DNA of 64,000 bases from Vulcanimicrobiota bacterium (lineage in GTDB: Bacteria > Vulcanimicrobiota > Vulcanimicrobiia > Vulcanimicrobiales > Vulcanimicrobiaceae), in contig CAWCIZ010000002.1 of the NCBI GenBank assembly GCA_963795855.1, positions 512,001-576,000 of the forward strand, in the 5' to 3' direction. Below the pieces are notes generated by a model that ran no database searches, was not told where the DNA came from, and was given only the letters and a program-made list of their open reading frames with translations. The number at the start of each line of letters is the position of its first letter. The stretch's first letter is position 1. Positions 1 through 8,517 of this stretch are shown here, piece after piece. Both the position numbers and the translations under genes were made by a program.

Positions 1-245
1 CAAACCTCGCCTTTGGTCGCCGGCAGCAAGCGCAGGATGACGCGGCCGATCGTCGTTTTGCCGGAGCCGGACTCCCCGACCAGGCCGAGAGTTTCACCCG
101 GCGCGATCGAAAAGTCCACGCCGTCGACGGCTTTGACGTCGGCGACGTGCCGCGAAACGAGCCCCGCGCTGATCGGAAAATATTTGTAGAGATCTTTGAT
201 CTCGAGCAGAGTGCGCCGGCCGTCGCCGTTCGGCGCGTCGTTCAC
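1..245 (-). CDS. oppF: Oligopeptide/dipeptide ABC transporter ATP-binding protein (N-terminal part; runs off window start)
   Basis: Manual translation from GTG at 245 (GTGA overlap with oppD stop): ...[12 protein letters not shown]...[29 protein letters not shown] (Walker A). Confidence 0.85.
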   Translation of the reverse strand, partial: MNDAPNGDGRRTLLEIKDLYKYFPISAGLVSRHVADVKAVDGVDFSIAPGETLGLVGESGSGKTTIGRVILRLLPATKGEV

Positions 246-1255
246 GAGTGCGCCACCGTTTCCACTTCGATCGGGCGCTGATCTTCGGCACGCTCGTCGT
301 ACAAGAAGCACCGCGCAACGTGGCCGCCGCCGAAGTCGTACGTCGGCACAGGCTCGGCGCAGATCGGCATACGATACCGGCAGCGCGGCGCGAACGCGCA
401 CCCGGGCGGCAAGCGCAGCAAGTTCGGCGGCTGACCCGGAATCGGTTCCAAGCGTTTGCGCTCGCTCACGTCCAGGCGCGGCAGCGACGCCAGCAGCCCT
501 TGGGTATACGGCATCTTGGGCGAATCGAAAATTTGCTCGGCGGTGCCGTATTCGACCATGTTGCCGCCGTACATCACCAAAACGTTTTTGCAGACTTCGG
601 CGACGATTCCCAAATCGTGCGTGATCATGACGATGGCCGCGCCGGTTTCGGCCTGCATCTCGTTCATGAGTTCGAGAATCTGCGCCTGAATCGTGACGTC
701 GAGCGCGGTGGTCGGCTCGTCGGCGATGAGCAACTGCGGATCGCACGAGAGCGCCATCGCGATCATGACGCGTTGCCGCATACCGCCGGAAAACTGGTGC
801 GGATATTCGTGAACGCGCTTTTCGGGCGCGGAGATACGCACCTTTTTGAACATCTCGACGGTCTTTTCGACGGCGTCTCTTTTGTTGAACCCGAGATGCA
901 GCTGCACGGCTTCCGAAATCTGTTCGCCGACCGTGAGCACGGGATTGAGCGACGTCATCGGGTCCTGGAAAATCATCGCGATCTTGTGACCGCGAATCCG
1001 GCGCATCGCCGCTTCACTTTTCTCAAGCAGATCCTCACCGTTGAAGAGAATGCGGCTGCCCGGTTCGATCTGTCCCGGCTGCTGAATGAGCCGCATGATC
1101 GAAAGCGCATTGACGGATTTGCCGGATCCCGATTCGCCGACGATGCCCAGCGTCGACCCTGCTTCCAGCGAATACGAGAGGCCGTTGACCGCCGTAACCA
1201 ACCCGTCTTCGGTGCGAAAGGTGGTCCGGAGATTCTTGACTTCGAGCAGGGGCAT
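242..1255 (-). CDS. oppD: Oligopeptide/dipeptide ABC transporter ATP-binding protein
   Basis: GESGSGKS Walker [10 protein letters not shown] signature, [12 protein letters not shown]alker B, C-terminal GCAFAPRC Cys motif. Confidence 0.93.
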   Translation of the reverse strand: MPLLEVKNLRTTFRTEDGLVTAVNGLSYSLEAGSTLGIVGESGSGKSVNALSIMRLIQQPGQIEPGSRILFNGEDLLEKSEAAMRRIRGHKIAMIFQDPMTSLNPVLTVGEQISEAVQLHLGFNKRDAVEKTVEMFKKVRISAPEKRVHEYPHQFSGGMRQRVMIAMALSCDPQLLIADEPTTALDVTIQAQILELMNEMQAETGAAIVMITHDLGIVAEVCKNVLVMYGGNMVEYGTAEQIFDSPKMPYTQGLLASLPRLDVSERKRLEPIPGQPPNLLRLPPGCAFAPRCRYRMPICAEPVPTYDFGGGHVARCFLYDERAEDQRPIEVETVAHS

Positions 1256-1264
1256 GTGCGGGCG

Positions 1265-1657
1265 CTAGATGCCGGTCAGCGAGAGAATCGTACCGATGAC
1301 TACAAACGCGACGGCGGCGACGCCGGTGATGCGCTTGAGCTGTTCCTCCGCACCCGGCCGGCCGTATGCGGACTCGACCCGGCCGCCGAGCGTTCCGGAG
1401 AGCCCTTCTTGTTTGGTGGTCTGCACGGCGAGCAGCACGATCAGTGCGAGCGCGAAGACGATGAACAGCGCGCTCAGCGTGTGCGTCAGCCAGCCCGCAT
1501 GCTGCTGGAACCATGTGACGTTCTGATAATTGATGCCCGCAGGCACTTGCATCGGTCCCGCGGTGGGCACGTTGCTGATGGGGACTTTTATCGGAGCGGC
1601 GGCTGCCGCAGTAGCCTTCGCGGCCGGCGCAGCTGCAGCGAGCAGCAGAGAAATCAA
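1265..1657 (-). CDS. secG: Preprotein translocase subunit SecG with Ala/Pro-rich N-terminal extension
   Basis: TM-(VQTTKQEGLSGTLGG)-(EEQLKRIT)-TM pattern; GAGGAG RBS before TTG at 1657. Confidence 0.8.
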   Translation of the reverse strand: MISLLLAAAAPAAKATAAAAAPIKVPISNVPTAGPMQVPAGINYQNVTWFQQHAGWLTHTLSALFIVFALALIVLLAVQTTKQEGLSGTLGGRVESAYGRPGAEEQLKRITGVAAVAFVVIGTILSLTGI

Positions 1658-1732
1658 GCGAGTCTCCTCGGACAAAGGGCGGGTTGCCCACAATGCTTTT
1701 GGGGGCCTACGCCCCCAAACTGCGACATTCTA

Positions 1733-3631
1733 TCACGGACGGACCGGAGCGACAAGAACGCTCGCTACCCGCGCGGCCACATGCTCGCCCGTCAGCCCGA
1801 ACAAGGCGCGCTGCTTGGCCTGCGAATCGTGCTGCACGAGGGCGTTGTTGGGAACGCCGATGCGCTCGACCGCCAAATCCAAGCCGTGATCAGAAACGAA
1901 CTCTACGACCGCCGAGCCCAGCCCGCCTGCGAGAGAATGTTCTTCTAAGGTAAGAACGTGCGAATGGGTATCGGCGAGTTCCATCAGGAGCGCTTCGTCC
2001 AGCGGTTTGACGAACCGCATGCTGACGACCGTGGGCAAGTCCGCATCGCCCTGCGCCGCGGCCAAAATCCCGTGCGCGTCGAGCGCGACGTCCGCGGTGT
2101 TTCCATAAGCCAGAATCGCGACGCCCCTCCCGCGGCGCAGCACTTCGGCGCGTCCGTGGACGATCGGCGCGAGCGGATCGCGGTGCTTGCCGCTCGTCGA
2201 GCCGCGCGGATACCGAATGCCGGCCGGCGCGTTCAGCGAGAGCGCGTGCTGCAGCATCGGCAGCAATTCCTCTTCGTTGCGCGGCGCCATGAGGGTGATG
2301 TTCGGCAGCGTGCGCAGATACGCAATGTCGTACAGGCCCATGTGCGTCGGCCCGTCGTCGCCGACGAACCCGGCGCGATCCATGCAGAACACGACCGGCA
2401 GATTTTGAATGCACACGTCGTGCACGATTTGATCGTAGGCCCGCTGCAGGAACGTCGAGTAGATCGCGCACACCGGCTTGAGCCCGCTGGTCGCCGCGCC
2501 TGCCGCGAAGCACACCGCGTGCGCTTCCGCGATTCCGACGTCGTAATACCGGTTCGGGAACGCTTTGCCGAACTTCGCGAGCCCGGTACCGTCGGGCATT
2601 GCCGCGGTGATGCCGACCACGCGTGAATCGTTTTGCGCCGCCGCGATCATCGCATCGCCGAACGCGTCCTGGAATTTCGCCGGAGCGTTCGGAACTTTGA
2701 TGACGGTGCCGTTGGACTTGTCGAACTGCCCGAGGCCGTGAAACGTGCGGGCGTCTTTCTCCGCGGGTTCATAGCCTTTGCCCTTGACCGTTCGCACGTG
2801 CAGAAGCACCGCGCGGGGCTGGCTTTTCGCCGTGTTGAGCGCATCCACGAGCGCGTCGAAGTTGTGGCCGTCGATCGGGCCGATATAACGAAAGCCGAGT
2901 TCCTCGAAGATGACCGCGGCTTTTTCGGACGGCGCTATGAAACGCATTGCTCCGAGTTCCGCGGATTCGATCGCTTTTTTCGCCATGCCGCCGAGCGGAA
3001 TGTGATCCAGCACGGCCTTGCCGGTGTGACGCGCGAGATTGGAGAGCGGTTTGCTGCGCAGCACGGAGAGATACGAAGCTATCGAGCCGACGTTCGGCGC
3101 GATCGACATCTCGTTGTCGTTCAAGATCACGATGAAATTCGAACGCATCTGCCCGGCGTTGTTGAGCGCTTCGTATGCCAGACCGCCGGTGAGCGCGCCG
3201 TCGCCGAGCACGGCGACGATCGTCTCGTTTCCGCCCGCGTGATCGCGCGCTTTGGCCATGCCGAGCGCCGCCGAGACGCTCGTGCTCGCATGGCCCGCGC
3301 CGAATGAATCGTACTCCGACTCGCTGCGCATGGCGAAGCCCGAGAGCCCGCCGCCCTTGCGGATCGTCGGAAAGCGGTCGCGTCTGCCGCTCAAAATTTT
3401 GTGGACGTACACCTGATGACTGACGTCCCAGACAACGCGGTCTTTCGGCAGATCCAAGACCCGGTGCAGCGCCAGCGTCAGTTCCACGACGCCGAGATTG
3501 GGTGCCAAGTGGCCGCCGTTTTGCGCGCAAACCGCGATCAGCATGTCCCGGATCTCTTGGGCTGCCTTATCGACGTCCGCTCGACTGAGTTTTTTGACGT
3601 CGGTAGGGGAATTGATGCGTTGAATCACCAT
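1733..3631 (-). CDS. dxs: 1-deoxy-D-xylulose-5-phosphate synthase
   Basis: GGHLAPNLGVVELT, GHASTS, GDGALTGG...NDNEMSI TPP motif, YSTFLQRAYDQ, DRAG motif. Confidence 0.97.
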   Translation of the reverse strand: MVIQRINSPTDVKKLSRADVDKAAQEIRDMLIAVCAQNGGHLAPNLGVVELTLALHRVLDLPKDRVVWDVSHQVYVHKILSGRRDRFPTIRKGGGLSGFAMRSESEYDSFGAGHASTSVSAALGMAKARDHAGGNETIVAVLGDGALTGGLAYEALNNAGQMRSNFIVILNDNEMSIAPNVGSIASYLSVLRSKPLSNLARHTGKAVLDHIPLGGMAKKAIESAELGAMRFIAPSEKAAVIFEELGFRYIGPIDGHNFDALVDALNTAKSQPRAVLLHVRTVKGKGYEPAEKDARTFHGLGQFDKSNGTVIKVPNAPAKFQDAFGDAMIAAAQNDSRVVGITAAMPDGTGLAKFGKAFPNRYYDVGIAEAHAVCFAAGAATSGLKPVCAIYSTFLQRAYDQIVHDVCIQNLPVVFCMDRAGFVGDDGPTHMGLYDIAYLRTLPNITLMAPRNEEELLPMLQHALSLNAPAGIRYPRGSTSGKHRDPLAPIVHGRAEVLRRGRGVAILAYGNTADVALDAHGILAAAQGDADLPTVVSMRFVKPLDEALLMELADTHSHVLTLEEHSLAGGLGSAVVEFVSDHGLDLAVERIGVPNNALVQHDSQAKQRALFGLTGEHVAARVASVLVAPVRP

Positions 3632-3705
3632 ATCAGGCAGCACATGTTCGACATACCCAGAATGAAGGTCCCCTGCTCGGCACCGGGACCGGGCTGGAAA
3701 GCCGC

Positions 3706-4293
3706 ATGATAGACACGCGCTCCTTCTTCACGCAAGCGAAAGCAGCTCTCGTTATCGTCGACTTGCAGCGCGGGATAACCTCGCGCGACGTAGCCCCGCA
3801 TCGGGCAAGCGAGGTGGTCGCCAACGCGGCACGTCTGGTCGAAGCGTTTCACGCTCGCGAGTTGCCCGTCGTCTTCGTGCGCGTGTCGTGGACGCCGCAG
3901 GCAATGCTGCGGCCCCTTGTCGACAACGCTCCGCAGACGCCTACGCCGCCTGCCGGCTGGGACGAAATCGATCCCGCCCTCGCGGTGCGCGAGGACGACG
4001 TCGTCGTCACCAAACAAAACTGGGGCGCGTTTTACGGAACCGATTTGGATCTGCAACTGCGGCGCCGCGACGTCACGCGCATCGCAATATGCGGCATCGC
4101 AACGAACATCGGCGTCGAATCCACCGCGCGCGATGCGCTGGAACGAAACTACAAATTGCTTTTTGTGGAAGACGCGATGGCGTCGATGAGTGCGGAGGAA
4201 CACGAGCACAGTTGCCGGCTCATCTTCCCCCGCATCGGTATCGTTCGTTCGACCGCGGAAACGATCGAAGCGGTCAACTACACGCTTTCGTAA
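3706..4293 (+). CDS. Isochorismatase/cysteine hydrolase family protein
   Basis: ALVIVDLQ, K..WGAFYGTDLD, GIATNIGVESTAR motifs. Confidence 0.9.
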   Translation: MIDTRSFFTQAKAALVIVDLQRGITSRDVAPHRASEVVANAARLVEAFHARELPVVFVRVSWTPQAMLRPLVDNAPQTPTPPAGWDEIDPALAVREDDVVVTKQNWGAFYGTDLDLQLRRRDVTRIAICGIATNIGVESTARDALERNYKLLFVEDAMASMSAEEHEHSCRLIFPRIGIVRSTAETIEAVNYTLS

Positions 4294-4763
4294 GCGCGAC
4301 GCAGCTCGTTGATGTCCAGTTTATCCATCTGAAGCATCGCCTGCATGGCGCGTTGCGCCTTTTCGGCATCGGGTCCGCCGACGAGCTGGCCGAGGCCGGA
4401 CGGCACGATGTTCCAAACGACGCCGAAGCGATCTTTCACCCACCCGCAACGCAGCGTTTCACCGCCCTGCTTGAGGCCTTCCCACAATGCGTCGACGTCG
4501 TTCTGCGTTTCGCAGCTGACGAACAACGCGACCGAGCCGGGATACGGTCCTTGCGGCGCTTCGCCGGGACCACCGTTGAGCGCCATCAGATCTTGTCCGT
4601 CGAGTTGAAACTCGATCGTCATGACGGTTCCAGCCGGAAGCGGGCCCGCTTCTCCGTAGCGGCTGACGCTTTCGATCTTCGAATTTTTGAAAAGCGAAAC
4701 GTAAAAGTTGACCGCTTCTTCCGCTCTGCCGTCGAACCAAATGAACGGGATGATTTGCTGCAT
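4278..4763 (-). CDS. VOC family protein (PhnB / 3-demethylubiquinone methyltransferase-like)
   Basis: MQQIIPFIWFDGRAEEAVNFY...ALNGGP...CGWVKDRFGVVW; AGGAG RBS. Confidence 0.9.
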   Translation of the reverse strand: MQQIIPFIWFDGRAEEAVNFYVSLFKNSKIESVSRYGEAGPLPAGTVMTIEFQLDGQDLMALNGGPGEAPQGPYPGSVALFVSCETQNDVDALWEGLKQGGETLRCGWVKDRFGVVWNIVPSGLGQLVGGPDAEKAQRAMQAMLQMDKLDINELRRAYESV

Positions 4764-4777
4764 CGATCTGCTCCTTC

Positions 4778-5182
4778 TTACGGTCCCTGCACCAAACCGA
4801 CCATCTGGCCTTGCGGATCTTCGAATGTAGCGATGCTGCCGCCGGTCGGAATCGGCCACGGGCCCTGCAAATTCGTTGCGCCGAGCGTTTCGACTTTCGC
4901 GAGCGCGTTCTTGATGTCGTCGACTGCAACGTAGAAGGTCACGTGCCCTTCGGCGCCATTCGGGCACGAGCCGATGCCGCCGCCAATACCGGCATTGCGG
5001 ACGAGGGCATATTCCGCCGGGCACGAGCCGATGCCGCCGCCAATACCGGCATTGCGGACGAGGGCATCTTCCGCCGGGCCGCCGATCGTCTCGAGCTGCC
5101 AGTCGAACGCCTTGCCGTAGAACTCGCGCAGGGCCGGCGCGTCGGTTCCGATGATTTCGAAGTGTACTACGTGGTTCGCCAT
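4778..5182 (-). CDS. VOC/glyoxalase family protein with internal 19-aa duplication
   Basis: VVHFEI...FYGKAFDW...FEDPQG; AGGAG RBS. Confidence 0.88.
   Translation of the reverse strand: MANHVVHFEIIGTDAPALREFYGKAFDWQLETIGGPAEDALVRNAGIGGGIGSCPAEYALVRNAGIGGGIGSCPNGAEGHVTFYVAVDDIKNALAKVETLGATNLQGPWPIPTGGSIATFEDPQGQMVGLVQGP
4961..5079. repeat. 57-bp in-frame tandem duplication (2 copies plus 5 bp, 1 mismatch)
   Basis: 4961-5017 and 5018-5074 are identical except one base (encodes PAE[D/Y]ALVRNAGIGGGIGSC twice). Confidence 0.95.
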
Positions 5183-5231
5183 GATGCTCTCCTCACTGTC
5201 GTTACGTTATGTGGACGCATCATAACTCTTA

Positions 5232-5250
5232 TACTTGTTTTTTGCAAGTA
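5232..5250. promoter_or_regulatory. Putative HxlR-type operator in a divergent promoter
   Basis: TACTTG-N7-CAAGTA inverted repeat in the AT-rich gap between the VOC genes and the HxlR regulator. Confidence 0.5.
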
Positions 5251-5287
5251 GTATGCAAAAATGAAAGTTTACGGTATAACGGGGATA

Positions 5288-5929
5288 GTGAGTAAGCGCA
5301 GTGACGGGCAATTTTGCGGCTTCGCCCGCGCCGTCGAAATCATCGGGGAACGGTGGGCCCTCCTATTGGTGCGAGACCTGCTGGTCGGTCCCAAGCGCTT
5401 CGGCGAGCTCCAGCGCGGCTTGCCGAAGATTCCGACGAACATTTTGACTGCCAGGCTCAAGGAGTTGGAAGGCGCCGGAATCGTTCGCCGCCGGGCGGCA
5501 ACCCGGCCCGGGGGCGGCGTCTTATACGAACTCACCCAGCGCGGCCTAGACTTGGAGCCGGCCGTCTTGGCGATCGGCCGCTGGGGAGCGAAAATGCTCG
5601 ACGCGCCGCGCCCCGACGAGATCGTCACGAACGATTCGATGATCATGGCGCTGCGCACGACGTTTCAGCCGGAAGCCGCGGCGGGAGTGCACGCGTCATA
5701 CGAATTGCATATGGGCCCCGTGCTCATTCATGCGCTTGTCGAGGACGGAACGCTGACCGCCGCTGAAGGGCCGTTGCCCGGCGCCGACCTGCGGATCGAA
5801 GCGGGACCGGCGCTCAAGGACGTCATGACAGGCAGCGTCGCTCCCGAAGACGCGCTTCGCAGCAGCAGCGTGCGGGTGAGCGGCAATCCGAAACTGTTCG
5901 ATCGGTTCGCGCAGCTGTTCCGAATTTGA
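5288..5929 (+). CDS. HxlR-family winged-helix regulator with C-terminal SCP2-like domain
   Basis: GQFCGFARAVEIIGERWALLLVRDLLVGPKRF...LTARLKELE; start could be 5261. Confidence 0.88.
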   Translation: MSKRSDGQFCGFARAVEIIGERWALLLVRDLLVGPKRFGELQRGLPKIPTNILTARLKELEGAGIVRRRAATRPGGGVLYELTQRGLDLEPAVLAIGRWGAKMLDAPRPDEIVTNDSMIMALRTTFQPEAAAGVHASYELHMGPVLIHALVEDGTLTAAEGPLPGADLRIEAGPALKDVMTGSVAPEDALRSSSVRVSGNPKLFDRFAQLFRI

Positions 5930-5975
5930 GTCCCCGCGACCCCGGGCCGCTTTATGTTAGAATGACGAACGACTC

Positions 5976-6632
5976 ATGTCCGGAATGCGCGATCGCGATA
6001 CCGTCCTCACGCCCGTACCGCTAAAAAACCGGCGCGTTTGGCGCGATTTGGCGCGCATCCTCTCGACGATCTTCAATCCGTTTTTAACGGCGCTCGCCCT
6101 CTTCGTCATCCTTTCGCATATTCGCGCGCGTACCACGGAAGAATTCTGGGGCATGCTGTTTCTTTCGACGTTCTTTACGTCGATCGCGCCCATGCTTTTC
6201 ATCTTCTGGCTCTACGCGACGGACCGGATATCGGATCTCGACATGTCGCTGCGCGAGGAACGCGAAAAAGTCTTCGGCGTTTTCGTGATCTTCTATCTGC
6301 TCGGCACGATAACGCTTTGGGCGACGCACTCTCCGCGGCTGCTGATCGCCACTATGGCCGGCTATACGCTCTCGACCATCGTCGTGCAGTACATCACGCG
6401 CTACTGGAAAATCAGCACCCACGCGCTCGGCATAACGGCACCGCTAGTGGCGCTGTCCTTGCTGTACGGGCGACAACCGCTGCCGTTTCTCGTGCTCATC
6501 CCGATGGTGTGCTGGGCCCGCGTGTACGTAAAGGCGCATACTATCGCGCAGGTCATCGCGGGTGCAGCACTTGCCGCCGGAAGCGTCGCGCTATTCTTTT
6601 GGGTATTTCACGTGCGCACGCTCGCGTGGTAG
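5976..6632 (+). CDS. Multi-pass membrane protein, PAP2/phosphoesterase-related
   Basis: About 6 TM segments; WKISTH and WARVYVKAHT..QV..G motifs. Confidence 0.65.
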   Translation: MSGMRDRDTVLTPVPLKNRRVWRDLARILSTIFNPFLTALALFVILSHIRARTTEEFWGMLFLSTFFTSIAPMLFIFWLYATDRISDLDMSLREEREKVFGVFVIFYLLGTITLWATHSPRLLIATMAGYTLSTIVVQYITRYWKISTHALGITAPLVALSLLYGRQPLPFLVLIPMVCWARVYVKAHTIAQVIAGAALAAGSVALFFWVFHVRTLAW

Positions 6633-8138
6633 GCAATCAGCGCCGCACGGCTCTTCACGCCGAACGCCTTGAATATCAATTTCAAATGGTTCTTGATGGT
6701 GTATTCGCTGCGTCCGAGATTTTTGGCAATTTCCGCCGTCGACAGGCCTCGGCACAGCTCTTCGAAAACGCGCTGCTGCATCGGCGGGAGTGAAGGCAGC
6801 GCGCTCTTCGGCCGCGCGTGTTTGCGAAGCTCGTCCGCGAGCCAACTGTTCGGATACCGGCGCAATTTTTCGCTCGCGCTGCGCAAATATTCGGCCTCGC
6901 CCGTCGCCTCGTACAGGCGCAGCGCGCAACGGCCGGCACGCCAGTCGTAGCCGATGCGATCGTACACCGCCAAACTTCCGCGAACGAGTTTGAGACCCGT
7001 CTTCGCGTTGCCGAGCGCGAGCTGCGTGACTCCTGCGCAATAATCGGCTTGGGCTTGCAGCCGATCGTCGCGCGTATAGTGCACGAGCGGCGTGCGCAGC
7101 GCATCGAGGTCGCGATAAAGCGCCATGTACTGCGCCGCCTTGCCAGGATCGATCGGGGCGAACAGTTCGGCAAGCAGGAGCAGCGCGACCCGCTCTTCGT
7201 TCCGCGTGGAGCGCCAGTCGACGGTTTCCGCTACTTCCTCCGCCTCGTCGAGTTCCTGACGCGACCACCGCTCTTCGTTCAGGCACCGCGCGAGATAGGC
7301 CCGATCCGTCGTTGCGATGGCGTACCACGCGCTCGACGGAGCGCACGCCACGCTCTTCTTCAAATAGCGGAACGCGTTGAAATAGTCGCCGCGCAGGGCG
7401 TAGCTCCAGCCGAGCGCTTTGAGTGACTGGAACCGCTGCACGTTCAAATCCGCCGGCCAGTTCGCGCTTTGCAGCAGCCGCTCGAGCACGGGCAGCGCGT
7501 CCGGCAAGTCGAGTTCGCGTGCCAGCGCCGCGAGCGTGTACGTCGCGTAAGCCGCGGCGAGCGTGAAGCGTTCGTCGCCGGGATCGATTTGATCGAGCAG
7601 ACGAACGAGCGTGGCGGCCTGCAGCGCGTACCGTCCCTCGAGCCCGTAGATGAACGCTTCGAGCTGGAGGGCGTCGAGTTTGCGTTCGATCGACCGGCCG
7701 AGCGTCGCAAACTGCAATTGCTCGCGCGCCTTCTCCACATTGCGCACGTAGCCGAAACGGCGGCCGCGGCGATAGGCGATCTCGGCGAGCGTTTCCGAGT
7801 CGCCCAAGCGCGCGGCGATGCCGTGAGTCCGCCTCAAAATATTCGTCGGCCGCATCGTACTCGCCGACGCGCGCGCACGCGATTCCCAGCAGCAGGCAGC
7901 GCTGCGTTTCGGCGCCGGCGTCGCTAAAGCGTTTGTTCGAAAGAATCCGAATCGCCGCCGGGGCATCGTCGCGCAGCACATGCAGTTTCCCCGAAAGGAC
8001 GATCGTGCGCGGCTCGTTGCGGTCGGCGGCGCGCAAGAGTTCCTCGGCGTCCCCGAAGCGGGCGCGTTCGAGCGCTGATTCGATCTCGGCAAAAAGGGTG
8101 CGCGGTGCAGCAGCGTCCGCGCGGCTGGGCGACTGCAT
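6608..8138 (-). CDS. TPR-like helical-repeat protein with C-terminal LuxR HTH; one frameshift near 7828
   Basis: C-terminal LPPMQQRVFEELCRGLSTAEIAKNLGRSEYTIKNHLKLIFKAFGVKSR; N-terminal part is in a different frame and joins at ...DEYFEA/HGIAARLG. Confidence 0.8.
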
Positions 8139-8196
8139 GTCCGCGAGAACTTCCCCGAAGGGGCGGCGCGCCCATGCGTGCCGCCCCCAGTCTGAC

Positions 8197-8373
8197 TCAT
8201 GGCGCCGGAGTCGCCGGCGCGTTCGGCGGGCCGGGCGGAAGACCGCCTCCGGTGTCCATCGGCCCGACGTGGGTGCGCGCCGGGAGCAGCCCGGGCGAAC
8301 CGCCCGGAGTACATGCGGACGCGACGGTCGCCAGCAGCAGCGCCGCCAACAGGGGACGCAAAATTGCGGTCAT
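8197..8373 (-). CDS. Small 58-aa predicted lipoprotein/secreted peptide (not in ORF track)
   Basis: AGGAGG RBS then MTAILRPLLAALLLATVASA-CTPGGSPGLLPARTHVGPMDTGGGLPPGPPNAPATPAP*; hydrophobic signal with lipobox-like VASAC. Confidence 0.75.
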   Translation of the reverse strand: MTAILRPLLAALLLATVASACTPGGSPGLLPARTHVGPMDTGGGLPPGPPNAPATPAP

Positions 8374-8517
8374 GATAGCCTCCTAACACTAGCCCTTTTG
8401 GACTAGTGCACCATGCTATCACGCTTTACTCGATACGTGAAAAATTGAGCGTTCGTCCGCTAGAAGGGACGAGCCGAAATACGCACGAACGGGCTAGGCG
8501 TCGTGGCCGGGTGTGGG

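Noticed and set aside
248..1948. Long antisense/alternate-frame ORFs (e.g. 248-1948, 9844-11127, 30824-32179)
   Set aside because: Shadow ORFs of high-GC genes; Arg/Ala-rich with no motifs.
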